From Sulfolobales archaeon HS-7 (GTDB lineage: Archaea; Thermoproteota; Thermoprotei_A; Sulfolobales; Sulfolobaceae): a stretch of 64,000 nucleotides of DNA. Positions 1 to 9,007 of the stretch are shown here, piece after piece. The DNA lies in assembly GCA_019704295.1 (NCBI GenBank), contig AP024596.1, positions 1,152,001 to 1,216,000 of the forward strand. Reading direction: 5' to 3'. The translations under genes were made by a program, and so were the position numbers. Within the stretch, counting starts at the first letter, position 1; each line of letters begins with the position of its first letter. The notes under the pieces are model-generated. The model worked only from the letters and a program-made list of their open reading frames with translations, did no database searches and was not told where the DNA came from.

Positions 1-1
1 C

Positions 2-1258
2 ATATCACATAAACCGTCAGTTATTACGATAAATTACTACGACGATCTCGCTCCGTCTGAGGCAAAGGTTTTTGAGTCGGTAGTAATTCCTATGTTTGAG
101 AAGGAGAATCCTAACATAAAGATTAATTACGTCGATGAAAGTGCAAGTGACATAGTCTCTAGTGTGGAGTCCTTGGAGGAGGGCCATGACGTTGGTCCCA
201 CAATAATTGCCGAGGATAACATGGTAATAGGTGAACTCCTATATGGAGGATATCTGATGAATATAACTAACGTCTCGTCGTCCATAATGCCATCTCAAAT
301 GATCCCGTCAATGACCAACTTAGTTAATTACGAAGTCAAGGCGTTTCATGGAGTTTTCTTCATCCCCTTAAGGGCGAACATACCGCTAGTCTTCTACAAC
401 AAGACAGCTCTAGAGTCAGCAGGTATCACGCAACCCCCCTCTACATTACAACAACTTCTGCAGGACGCACAGACTCTTTATCAGAAAACCGGTATTAAAC
501 CCGTTATGTTCCAGGGACACGGAGGCGCGAGTACTCCTACAGAACTATTTCAATGGATGGTCCAATTTGGAGGTAACCCTATGGTTCTCAACGACAGCGG
601 AGACATTCAGACATTCCAGTACATATATAACCTTAGTGCATACTTCAATCCCGACTATATTCATGGTTACTGGGGAAGCTATAAGGGTTTAGCTGACGGT
701 TCATATTACATCCTTGACTATCAGTGGCCATATGTATATCCAATATTAACGGGAAGTCCTCCGTCTGGACTAGGTGTCCCAACCTCTTCATTAGGGGTGT
801 ATCCAGGTCCTTCTGGTCCTGTTAATAACGACCACGTAGTAGGTGGCGACGTGCTGGCAATACCTAAGGGGGCTACGGATCTAAGCGCTCTAGTCACATT
901 TGCCAAGTTCCTACTCTCGGAGCAGGTGCAGAGGATATTCATAGTGGACCTCAGCTGGCCGGCAGTTAATGAACAGGCTTATGCTAACTTGCCTTCAAAT
1001 ATTTCGACAATTTATCAGGCAGAGGAAGAGGCTATATCTGCTCCCGTATTCAGACCGCCAGTTCCTTGGATTGACGAATGGAACTCTATTGTAGATCAGG
1101 TCTGGACTCAGATAATAGTCGACCATGCACCGTACAGTCAGATACCTTCAATTTTGAGTAAAGCTAACGCAGAACTTTACAACTATCTGAAAACTAACTA
1201 TAATCAGACAGTAGCCCAGGAGTACGAGGAGGGATACTTCGCACCATTGTACGGCTGA
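2..1258 (+). CDS. Sugar ABC transporter substrate-binding protein (trehalose/maltose type), 5' end outside window
   Basis: Frame is open from position 2 to the ATG at 92; SBP_bac_1-like motifs (LVFYNK, GGDVLAIP); followed by two CUT1 permeases. Confidence 0.88.
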   Translation: MSHKPSVITINYYDDLAPSEAKVFESVVIPMFEKENPNIKINYVDESASDIVSSVESLEEGHDVGPTIIAEDNMVIGELLYGGYLMNITNVSSSIMPSQMIPSMTNLVNYEVKAFHGVFFIPLRANIPLVFYNKTALESAGITQPPSTLQQLLQDAQTLYQKTGIKPVMFQGHGGASTPTELFQWMVQFGGNPMVLNDSGDIQTFQYIYNLSAYFNPDYIHGYWGSYKGLADGSYYILDYQWPYVYPILTGSPPSGLGVPTSSLGVYPGPSGPVNNDHVVGGDVLAIPKGATDLSALVTFAKFLLSEQVQRIFIVDLSWPAVNEQAYANLPSNISTIYQAEEEAISAPVFRPPVPWIDEWNSIVDQVWTQIIVDHAPYSQIPSILSKANAELYNYLKTNYNQTVAQEYEEGYFAPLYG

Positions 1259-1264
1259 TTCGTA

Positions 1265-2089
1265 ATGAAAGGTAATTACGTCAATTATTTTTTTGTTTTA
1301 CCCGCAATTCTTTACGTTATTGTTCTCGTCTTCTTACCTACAGTCGAGGTTGTTTACCTTAGCTTTACCAATCCTCACGGTAAATTCACTTTATCTAATT
1401 ATGAGGCCCTACCCTACTTCGGTTTAACTCATTCCATAATTGATACAGCGATTGTAGTTACGGGAGCTTTAGTCCTACAGCTTATCATAGGATTAGGAGT
1501 GGCCTCCCTTTTAACCAGAGCGTTTTACGGGAAAAAAGCGCTCTACGTGTTATCAATAATCCCCCTAGGTATTGCGACAGTGGTCGCGGCCGTTGACTTT
1601 CACTATATTTTCTCTCCGGTAGGAGGGTTCGCTAATTCAATACTTAAGGGAATCGGTGTAACGCCAATAAATTGGTACTCTAACCAGTATTTGGAAATGC
1701 TTACAGTGATTATTGCCGATAGCTGGAGGAACTCCCCGATATTTACGTTACTCATGATTGCAGGTTACTCTAGTATTCCACGAGATCTGTATAACGCTGC
1801 GGCCATTGATGGAGCGGGAATAGTTAGACGGTTTTTTAACGTAACTCTCCCTAATATAAAGAGGTACATAGTAATAGCCTTGATAATTAGGGGTGTCAGT
1901 GAATTCAACATATTCGCTCTCCCCCTAATAATGATCGGTTATAATCCACCCTTATTGACGACATTGACATACGAATTTTACTCAACGACAGTAACGCTTT
2001 ACTACTCTTACGCCGCTGCTACGGTATTATTAGCGTTCATAATTGGGTTCATCATAATTGTCCTCAAGATTGGAGGCGGTCGAAGATGA
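1265..2089 (+). CDS. Carbohydrate ABC transporter permease (MalF-like)
   Basis: Multiple TM helices; EAA-like loop LYNAAAIDGA. Confidence 0.92.
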   Translation: MKGNYVNYFFVLPAILYVIVLVFLPTVEVVYLSFTNPHGKFTLSNYEALPYFGLTHSIIDTAIVVTGALVLQLIIGLGVASLLTRAFYGKKALYVLSIIPLGIATVVAAVDFHYIFSPVGGFANSILKGIGVTPINWYSNQYLEMLTVIIADSWRNSPIFTLLMIAGYSSIPRDLYNAAAIDGAGIVRRFFNVTLPNIKRYIVIALIIRGVSEFNIFALPLIMIGYNPPLLTTLTYEFYSTTVTLYYSYAAATVLLAFIIGFIIIVLKIGGGRR

Positions 2090-2886
2090 GATGGGGATAC
2101 ATCGCTATTATAATTCTCGTCATGTTCTTCCTTTACCCGATTTACGTGTTGTTCCTTGTGTCCTTTGTACCCCCGCAATACACAGTCGATAGACTTTACC
2201 CTGATCAGATACCGGTTGCACTAACTTTACATAACATAATTCATGCCATTGAGAACGCCGAACTAACCGGCGCGCTGGACAAAAGCCTGATTGTGGCGAC
2301 AATTGTGGGTATTCTGGCTCTTGTACTGGGAATTCCAGCCGCCTACGGTTTAAGCAAGCTAGAGGAAAAGGTTGCTACGCTGATTACTACATTACTTTTC
2401 GTGGTGAACATGATGCCTGCTATTGTCATTGCAATTCCAATTGCTGCGGATTTCATAAAGATAGGACTTTTTGACTCCGCACTAGGTTTAGCGTTAGCCC
2501 AGGAACTCGTAGTTCTACCGATCTCCACGTTTATATTATTGGGTAGTTTCCAATCGATACCAAGAGATCTTGAGAATCAGGCAAGAGTTGATGGAGCTGG
2601 AATCTTCAGGGCGCTCTTTGATACTATTCTTCCTGTAGCTCGCGAGGGGATTATTGCAACGTTTCTCCTGGCATGGATGACGTCCTGGGACGAGTTTACG
2701 TACGCTATACTGATATCCCCAATAAAGCCAACATTGCCCGTACACATTTACCTATACACTACGAGAGGAAGCATAATAGATGCCTCAGCATTCTCCCTCC
2801 TACTAACTCTTCCTGTGCTGGCATTAACGCTCGGCCTTCAGAAGTACCTTAGAGGGGAGTATTTAGGCGGGGGCATAAAGGCTTAG
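2086..2886 (+). CDS. Carbohydrate ABC transporter permease (MalG-like)
   Basis: ATGA overlap with the previous gene; LENQARVDGA loop; SWDEF motif. Confidence 0.92.
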   Translation: MRWGYIAIIILVMFFLYPIYVLFLVSFVPPQYTVDRLYPDQIPVALTLHNIIHAIENAELTGALDKSLIVATIVGILALVLGIPAAYGLSKLEEKVATLITTLLFVVNMMPAIVIAIPIAADFIKIGLFDSALGLALAQELVVLPISTFILLGSFQSIPRDLENQARVDGAGIFRALFDTILPVAREGIIATFLLAWMTSWDEFTYAILISPIKPTLPVHIYLYTTRGSIIDASAFSLLLTLPVLALTLGLQKYLRGEYLGGGIKA

Positions 2887-3612
2887 GAAGGCAATTGAGG
2901 TTACGGGTAAGATTAACGCCAGTAAATGACCTGCAACGAAACTTCCTATAAGGGCTATGAGCCCCGTTCCCACCTGTTCCATAGCGCCTCTCCACTTAGG
3001 TAAACCGGTGTACTTAGTTCCAATCAAGCCGAAAATTCCCAGTGTAATGACCGTGAGAACTATTGATGAGATAGCGGGATAGGTAAAGCCTGACCTCGTT
3101 AATACTCCCACCATGAATGGAATAGTGGGTATCATTCCACCGAGAATGAGGTACAGGGACATTATGAGTCCCAACTTCACCGGCTTTTCAAATTCCTCCG
3201 GTAGTACCCTTAATTCCTCCATCATCATTTCCCTCAGTGTGGTTTCCTTATTAGACATTATCCTCCTAGCTATGTTCTCTGCCTCCTCCCTGGAAAACCC
3301 CTTATTTACGTACATTCCGACGAGTTCCTCAAATTCCTTTTGAGGCATTTTCTCGATCTCCATACTCTCTTTCTTTATCTCGTTTTCTATTATCTGCATT
3401 CTAACTCTCGTTGAAATGTACTCACCAATACCCATGGAGAAGGCCTGGGCAATAGTCCCCATTATTCCGGCTACCATTACGTCGAATGGGCTTGCTGTGT
3501 AACCCGCAATACCCAGGGCAAGAGCGCCTACTCCTATTAGTCCATCTTGGATGCCGAAAACTATTGTCCTGAACCTATCTGCCTCATCAGTGTAATGTTT
3601 TACCTGATCCAT
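2863..3612 (-). CDS. VIT1/CCC1 family Fe/Mn transporter
   Basis: IVFGIQDGL and SMGIGEYIS motifs, acidic cytoplasmic domain, TM helices. Confidence 0.92.
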   Translation of the reverse strand: MDQVKHYTDEADRFRTIVFGIQDGLIGVGALALGIAGYTASPFDVMVAGIMGTIAQAFSMGIGEYISTRVRMQIIENEIKKESMEIEKMPQKEFEELVGMYVNKGFSREEAENIARRIMSNKETTLREMMMEELRVLPEEFEKPVKLGLIMSLYLILGGMIPTIPFMVGVLTRSGFTYPAISSIVLTVITLGIFGLIGTKYTGLPKWRGAMEQVGTGLIALIGSFVAGHLLALILPVTSIAFLSLYAPA

Positions 3613-3672
3613 AATTTCCTTTTAGCAGTTATTTAATAAAAATGTTCTCCTTTTGCGATAAATCGTAATTTT

Positions 3673-4137
3673 TTACGCCAATTCGTAAATATCTTCACTC
3701 CTTCGAAGTAATCCGCTGTAAACCCCCCACTCATTGAGGATAACCTCTAGGTCGTGTTTTCCTGAGGGGGAATTAAACTTAGACACGCCCTCTTCCTGTA
3801 ATTTCTCCATGAGTTCTTCAACGGAAAACCTCTTTAGATTTAACGCAGTGTGGAATGGCTCTATACGTGGTAATCTCTCCCTCAGGATATCCTTTCTCTT
3901 CCTTATACCCGAGGAGATGAACTCCATTCCCAAATCTGTAATAATTATGTCGCCCTCTCCAACGGTTATCATTCCCAGAGCGGATGCGGAGTAGACTATA
4001 GGCATTAGATCGTCTAGGTCTACCTCCAACTCCTTTTCGAGTTGATAGAGATCGGTCCTACCTCTAAATGTGTTCATCAGAACATATAATAACCCTATGA
4101 GATCTGCTACACGCGCGTTCGGATCTATGGTTTCCAT
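3673..4137 (-). CDS. Stand-alone AAA-associated (winged-helix-like) domain protein of NitT/TauT ABC systems
   Basis: DLYQL..ELEVDLDDLMPI, GDIIITDLG and WGVYSGLL patterns; divergent from a NitT/TauT ATPase. Confidence 0.75.
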   Translation of the reverse strand: METIDPNARVADLIGLLYVLMNTFRGRTDLYQLEKELEVDLDDLMPIVYSASALGMITVGEGDIIITDLGMEFISSGIRKRKDILRERLPRIEPFHTALNLKRFSVEELMEKLQEEGVSKFNSPSGKHDLEVILNEWGVYSGLLRRSEDIYELA

Positions 4138-4281
4138 AATCTATAGTTTCAAGATGCCGTTATAGCATTATCGCTGAGAACAGCGAAGGTGTTAGTTAGC
4201 GCTTGAACTTAGAATAGATTTAAAGGGATCTCTTAGAAGTTTGACAATAGAGGCTGGGAAGATGGAACAATATTAGAGGCC

Positions 4282-5028
4282 GTGGATGTAGCCTTCACGT
4301 ACGATAACGGCTACAAAGTATTTGAGGACGTTAGTTTGACTGCAGATGAGAATAAGTTCGTTGCAATCATAGGTCCTTCTGGAGTGGGTAAATCCACCCT
4401 TCTCAGGATTTTGGGCGGATTTCTAAAACCCTTCGCTGGGGAAGTGAAATTATTAGGGAGGACTATTACGAGACCTACACCGAAAATAGCTTTAGTGCAT
4501 CAATCAATCGTAACTTTTCCCTGGATGACGGCTTTAGAGAACGTAATGTTGGCTATGAAACCTAAAAGGATTCCTAAGGAAGAGGCATTGAAAACTGCTA
4601 AGAAGGCATTAGAACTCGTGGGACTATCGGGTTTTGAGAATTTGTATCCTAAGGAGATGAGCGGCGGGATGAGGCAAAGGGTGGCCATTGCGAGGGCTCT
4701 GGCGGCGGAACCCCTTGTCCTACTGATGGACGAACCCTTCTCTCATCTCGATGAATTAACGGCTGAGGGCCTCAGACACGAAATTTACAATATACTTTTC
4801 GCCGAAGAGTCGCCGCTGAAGAGCGTAATCATGGTATCTCATAATCTAACGGAGGTGGTGGAGCTCGCTGACGTCGTATACGTTCTGAATGGTTCTCCGG
4901 CAAAAGTTGTGGGCAAAATTGAGATAGATATACCGCGACCTAGAAACCCACAGAATCAAAAGTTCAACGAATACCTTGACACCTTTTACAACTTGTTAAC
5001 CCCAATAAAGGTGCGTAAACGTGAATGA
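4282..5028 (+). CDS. NitT/TauT-family ABC transporter ATP-binding protein
   Basis: Walker A GPSGVGKS, signature MSGGMRQR, Walker B LLMDEPF. Confidence 0.92.
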   Translation: MDVAFTYDNGYKVFEDVSLTADENKFVAIIGPSGVGKSTLLRILGGFLKPFAGEVKLLGRTITRPTPKIALVHQSIVTFPWMTALENVMLAMKPKRIPKEEALKTAKKALELVGLSGFENLYPKEMSGGMRQRVAIARALAAEPLVLLMDEPFSHLDELTAEGLRHEIYNILFAEESPLKSVIMVSHNLTEVVELADVVYVLNGSPAKVVGKIEIDIPRPRNPQNQKFNEYLDTFYNLLTPIKVRKRE

Positions 5029-6634
5029 CGTAATAATAATTCTAGCTACGCTTGCGACTACGGGTAGGGTATTGGGATTGACTTTGTTGTCCATAGTTAC
5101 TGGATGGCTTTTAGCATATCAGGCTATAGGCAGCAAAGTTTTTGAGAATATTTACATTTCGGTTATAGAGGTTTTCGAATCCGTACCAGTAATCTCATTT
5201 TTCCCCGTTGTACTACTCATCTTCGTTACTGGTGTAGGAGGTCCGATTGGAACGGAGCTAGCTACGGATTTCCTAGTGTTTACAGCTGTCGTCTGGAATA
5301 TATGGGTAGCGGCTTATCAGGCGTTTAAGACTCTTCCTAGAGAGATGCTTGAGGTGGTTGAAAACTACAAGTTCGGATTCTGGGGGAAGATGAGGAACGT
5401 GTATATACCCTTTTCCCTTCCTAGAATAGCGGCAAATCTTTTCCCAAGCATAGCCGACGCGTTTTTTTACATAACGGTTAGCGAGGTGTTCTCGGTTGGC
5501 ACCAAACAGTACAGTGCATTTGGCATTGGAACTCTAATAACACAGTTTATTCAGGAGGAGAACTGGGGAGATATCGCTTTTTCCTTAACCGTACTAGCAA
5601 TAGTCGTAGCACTAGTAATGGTTGGTCTTAGGGAATACTCTAAATACGTAGTTGCGAGATACACAGTGGATACGGACGCACCCATCATAAGAAGAGGTAG
5701 GATTAATTTCAGACAATCATCAAGACTTTCATCTGTAGTTTCGAGAAATCCTCTAAGCAAGTTATCGAGGTATTACCCTCATGTAAGGAGAAGAAGAAGT
5801 GAGAAAGAGGAAGAGGAGAATCCAAAGAACATTTCAAAATACGTCTGGATCGCGTTTGGTTCCGTGTTGCTGATACTGCTATTATATGGAACAGTAAAAG
5901 TTGTAACCTCAACCCCCTTAAGTCTGTGGCATTCCCTAATGATGGATACTCCTGAAGTCCTATTAGACTTAGGTTACGATTACGTTAGAGTCGGAATCAT
6001 AGTATTAATTTCCCTATTGTTTTCCGTGACACTTGGATACGCATTGGCGGTATATCATAAACTTGAGGCGGTAATGATACCTATAATTCAGGTTTTCAGT
6101 GCATTTCCCTCACCGGCCTACTTCCCGCTTTTATTCTTGGCCACCTCACCCTTCATTTACGCTGCTTTCGGGCCATTTGCTAACGAGCTTTACGTTCTGG
6201 GGTTAGGTTTCATAAGCACTTTCTATTACGTATTCTACAGCTTCTGGATGGGCGTAAAGGCAATGCCCTCAGAGTATTGGGAGCTTATGAAGAACTTGAA
6301 CCTGAACTTTTTCCAAAAAATGAGGAACATTATATTGCCTGCCACTTTTCCCTACCTAATATCTGGCATTTCGAGCACAGTGAACAGCGCCTGGGGAGGA
6401 CTGGCAATCGGAGAGTTTTGGACTGACATAATAGCCGGCAAGAACCTTTATGTATCTCATGGGCTGATGAAACTGATAGCTGTTGCTACTAATAACGGAA
6501 ACATAGCTTTGGCGGCTTGGGCATCTTTAATTTTCGGAATAGTAGTAGTAGTGTACTCCATACTGTTTACGAGGAAAATGATGGACTTGGCCAGGAAGAA
6601 GTACGTGGCGGAGGAAGGTTTATTCGCTGCTTAA
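5021..6634 (+). CDS. NitT/TauT-family ABC transporter permease with duplicated permease domain
   Basis: Two BPD_transp-like halves joined by a basic linker; overlaps the ATPase stop. Confidence 0.88.
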   Translation: MNDVIIILATLATTGRVLGLTLLSIVTGWLLAYQAIGSKVFENIYISVIEVFESVPVISFFPVVLLIFVTGVGGPIGTELATDFLVFTAVVWNIWVAAYQAFKTLPREMLEVVENYKFGFWGKMRNVYIPFSLPRIAANLFPSIADAFFYITVSEVFSVGTKQYSAFGIGTLITQFIQEENWGDIAFSLTVLAIVVALVMVGLREYSKYVVARYTVDTDAPIIRRGRINFRQSSRLSSVVSRNPLSKLSRYYPHVRRRRSEKEEEENPKNISKYVWIAFGSVLLILLLYGTVKVVTSTPLSLWHSLMMDTPEVLLDLGYDYVRVGIIVLISLLFSVTLGYALAVYHKLEAVMIPIIQVFSAFPSPAYFPLLFLATSPFIYAAFGPFANELYVLGLGFISTFYYVFYSFWMGVKAMPSEYWELMKNLNLNFFQKMRNIILPATFPYLISGISSTVNSAWGGLAIGEFWTDIIAGKNLYVSHGLMKLIAVATNNGNIALAAWASLIFGIVVVVYSILFTRKMMDLARKKYVAEEGLFAA

Positions 6635-6742
6635 CTTTACGAGATTACATGAGGGGATTTCTTCTCAACCTTAGAGGTGTAACGCTGAACATATAGGGAA
6701 AAAGAGTAGACGTTTGGAGGGTTCCCTTTTTGGAGGCTGGTA

Positions 6743-7282
6743 TTACTCACCTTCGGTACTTTCTCCTTTTACCTTCTCTAAATCTGACAACACAACACTA
6801 TAAATTAGTTCGAGCTTGTCGTCCCAATTTTCCTTAAACCACGCCTTAACGTCTCTGAGGGTTCTCATAGTTAGGCCTACTAAGTCGTGGAGTACTTCAT
6901 CTTTAGCCTCATACTTCGAGAAGTCGGGGTCGAAGCCATTGTATTGGTAATCGTGTAGGAGTAAGGAAACATTTACCAACTCCTCAACGTCTGCAAACCC
7001 AAGCTTTACCAAGTCGATTGAGACTCCTTTCAGTGAGTGTGAAGGTGCAGTGTACCCCTTCTTAGCGTACCACTCGTTGTTAATGGCTAATTTGTCCAAG
7101 TTTTTAGTGACTAGGGCTGATAAAAGCGCCTTGACTGCACTGAATGCCTTTCCCGCAGCGTTTCTGGTCCTCCCTGCAAGCCACATGTTAACGGCTAAGT
7201 CTAAGTCGTCGAGAGCCTCAATGATCCTTGCCCTTGTATAAGCACGTCGGTCAATTTTTGGTGACGTCAGCTTTTCTTCCAT
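6743..7282 (-). CDS. PaREP1 family (HEPN-related) protein
   Basis: RNAAGKAFSAVKA and LLHDYQYNG motifs typical of Sulfolobales PaREP1. Confidence 0.85.
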   Translation of the reverse strand: MEEKLTSPKIDRRAYTRARIIEALDDLDLAVNMWLAGRTRNAAGKAFSAVKALLSALVTKNLDKLAINNEWYAKKGYTAPSHSLKGVSIDLVKLGFADVEELVNVSLLLHDYQYNGFDPDFSKYEAKDEVLHDLVGLTMRTLRDVKAWFKENWDDKLELIYSVVLSDLEKVKGESTEGE

Positions 7283-7746
7283 ATCTTCTAATTCACGTGG
7301 TATATTAAATACTTAATAGGACGTCAAGAGAGTTAGGCCGTTGTTAGCAGTTTCAGATGAAACGTGAACTGTTATATTTATTAAACATATTTTATAAATC
7401 TTCTCATCAGATGTAAAACGCTTTTCCCTAAAGGTGACAGGGCACAAGATGTATTGGTTTCCCCACATTCAAGAACAGGTTTAGGTCACCCAGCTAAAGG
7501 TACGGAGAAGAATGAAAGGGCTAATCCCGAGCGATTTCAATGAAGTCCAAAGGCTGAGGATTTAAAATAAATTAATGAAAATTTAATGAAGCCCAAACCT
7601 CCAAATAACAGGTCTTAGAACTATTAGGATACGTGACAATGTACAATGTATAATAAATATTATTTACTTTATTAATTAAACTTTAGTATATAGAGATAAT
7701 CTATCTAGTAGTGGATAATTAGGACCATAGTAGAGTGGCAATTCCT

Positions 7747-7898
7747 GTGTTTATTGTGAATTCAGTTTATTTATAAAAAAGAATGAATTCAATTGAATAT
7801 AATCGTGTGAAATAGATAGAGATTGGCTCTTAACAATTTCCTTTATTTAACCTATCTTTGCCATAATTATAATTAGTAATAGAAACCTGAATCACCCC
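7747..7898. repeat. ~150 bp dispersed repeat, copy 1; probable IS-end remnant
   Basis: Aligns by eye with 61945-62097 (shared GAATTCAGTTTATTTA, GCTCTTAACAATTTCCTTT, GAAACCTGA..CCCC). Confidence 0.75.
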
Positions 7899-7944
7899 GC
7901 GGAACACTCAGGGAGTTTTTTATGCTTTATGTCGATAAAGAATT

Positions 7945-8314
7945 GTGAAGAGGGTAGAGGACTGGGTAAGGCAGGCTGAAAGGGATTTAGAGGCAGCGAA
8001 GTATTCGAAACAGGGTAACTACTATGAGCTAGCGTGCTTCCTCTCCCAACAGTCAGCGGAAAAAGCAGCGAGGGGGCTTTTGCAGTTTAGGGGAATTGAA
8101 AGAAGGAGTCATTCAGTTCTTCATCTCCTGGAAAATCCTGCTGATGACATACGTGGATGTGCCTCTTACCTGGACAAACAGTACACCCCCCTCAAGGTAC
8201 CCTGATGTTTACGACGAGGGATCTCCCTTCGAGTATTACACGGAGAAGGAGGCCGAGGAATGCATAACTCGTGCAGAGAAGATACTTTCCTGGGCGAAGA
8301 AAGAGGTCTTGTGA
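7945..8314 (+). pseudogene. HEPN domain protein (COG2250 type), frameshifted
   Basis: ACFLSQQSAEKA motif; one extra C in the C-run at ~8186-8191 shifts YTP/SRYPD into another frame. Confidence 0.85.
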
Positions 8315-8663
8315 AGCTGATCATGTTGTTTGGCTCTAGGGCCAGAGGAGACTTCACGGAAAATAGCGATTACGACGTCCTATTAGTGGGCGACGAGGTA
8401 CCTAGGGATCCGCGGAAAGTGTCAGACGAGGTTTACATCCAAGCAATAAAGATGTTTCCGGGTGATGTAGACGCGGTCTTCGTTAATTCCGAGGTCTTTC
8501 TGAAGAAGCTCAGGGAGGGGTCGCCTTTCTTTCTCCAAATAATAGATGAAGGAAAGGTATTACAGAAAGATGAGGCCTTTTGGGGGAGGTGCTAAGGGTA
8601 TACAATGAAGTGAGACCTTCGTTTTAGAGGATAGGAAGGATTTGGTTGAGGAGAACCGCATAG
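8311..8663 (+). pseudogene. Minimal nucleotidyltransferase (MNT), C-terminus apparently frameshifted
   Basis: LFGSRARGD..SDYD motif; apparent frameshift in the G-run at ~8582 and a TAG at 8625 in the continuing frame. Confidence 0.75.
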
Positions 8664-9007
8664 GTTAGTCTTCTGGACTATTCTAGATACCTCATATGTC
8701 AATGTAAAGGTATAGCAAATTGAAGCCGATTAGCTGCCACCTCGCCTTTAACTTAAAGAAGTTAATAGCGCGAAAAGCATTGATAAGGGGCTTGGGCCTT
8801 ATCAAACCTTGGTATTTAAGGCTTAAATAATATGTTCCCTGATTTTAGGAAATATAATAAATAATACGTAAAAGAATCTAATCCTTAAATGAGGACAACT
8901 TCCCTTGATGAAAACTCTTAACTCTGCTATCAAGGACTTTCCATTAAACAATTATGAAAAAAATCGTTTGAAAGAAGATTTATTATTTTTTGCGTAAAGT
9001 TGTATAT

